From the human T2T-CHM13v2.0 reference genome, Homo sapiens, in the NCBI RefSeq assembly GCF_009914755.1, contig NC_060934.1: 64,000 nucleotides of DNA. The stretch is one strand, 5' to 3'. A model generated the notes under the pieces. That model saw only the letters and a program-made list of their open reading frames with translations. It ran no database searches and was not told the DNA's origin. Made by a program: the position numbers and the translations under genes. Below are positions 63,870-64,000 of the stretch, piece by piece. Each line of letters begins with the position of its first letter. The stretch's first letter is position 1.

Positions 63870-64000
63870 CTATTTATTTATTTATTTATTTTTGAGACGG
63901 ACTTTTGCTCTTGTCGCCCAAGATGGAGTGCAATGGCATGATCTTGGCTCACTGCAACCTCTGCCTCCAGGGTTCAAGCTATTCTCCTGCCTCAGCCTCC
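63870..64000 (-). mobile_element. AluS, cut by the window edge
   Basis: Right arm. Confidence 0.9.

Overview
Primate, probably human or hominoid, genomic DNA. It is very rich in interspersed repeats: more than 45 Alus, a full-length L1PB, L1M/L2/MIR relics, THE1/MST/MLT MaLRs, MER4/MER41/MER51/LTR9/LTR12 solo LTRs, and Charlie1/MER5/MER58 DNA transposons. Repeat families were assigned from memory of consensus sequences, not by search. No intact protein-coding gene, RNA gene or CRISPR array is supportable, and most ORFs in the track are Alu, L1 or minisatellite artefacts. The main unexplained signal lies in the unique islands between repeats. On the minus strand, from about 45.2 kb down to about 7.6 kb, there are about 20 segments bounded by AG/GT splice signals, with long, mostly open frames whose intron phases chain correctly in several runs. 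I read this as the fossil of a large multi-exon gene (roughly 1,700-1,800 codons) of a family I cannot name, with nonsense codons and Alus inserted in exons. Some frames are ambiguous, and the claim needs homology confirmation. Other notable items are a 1.4-kb higher-order 15/16-bp minisatellite next to a non-tandem 195-bp duplication, several atypical retrotransposition junctions, a MER41 LTR with a GAS site and a CpG-rich LTR12.
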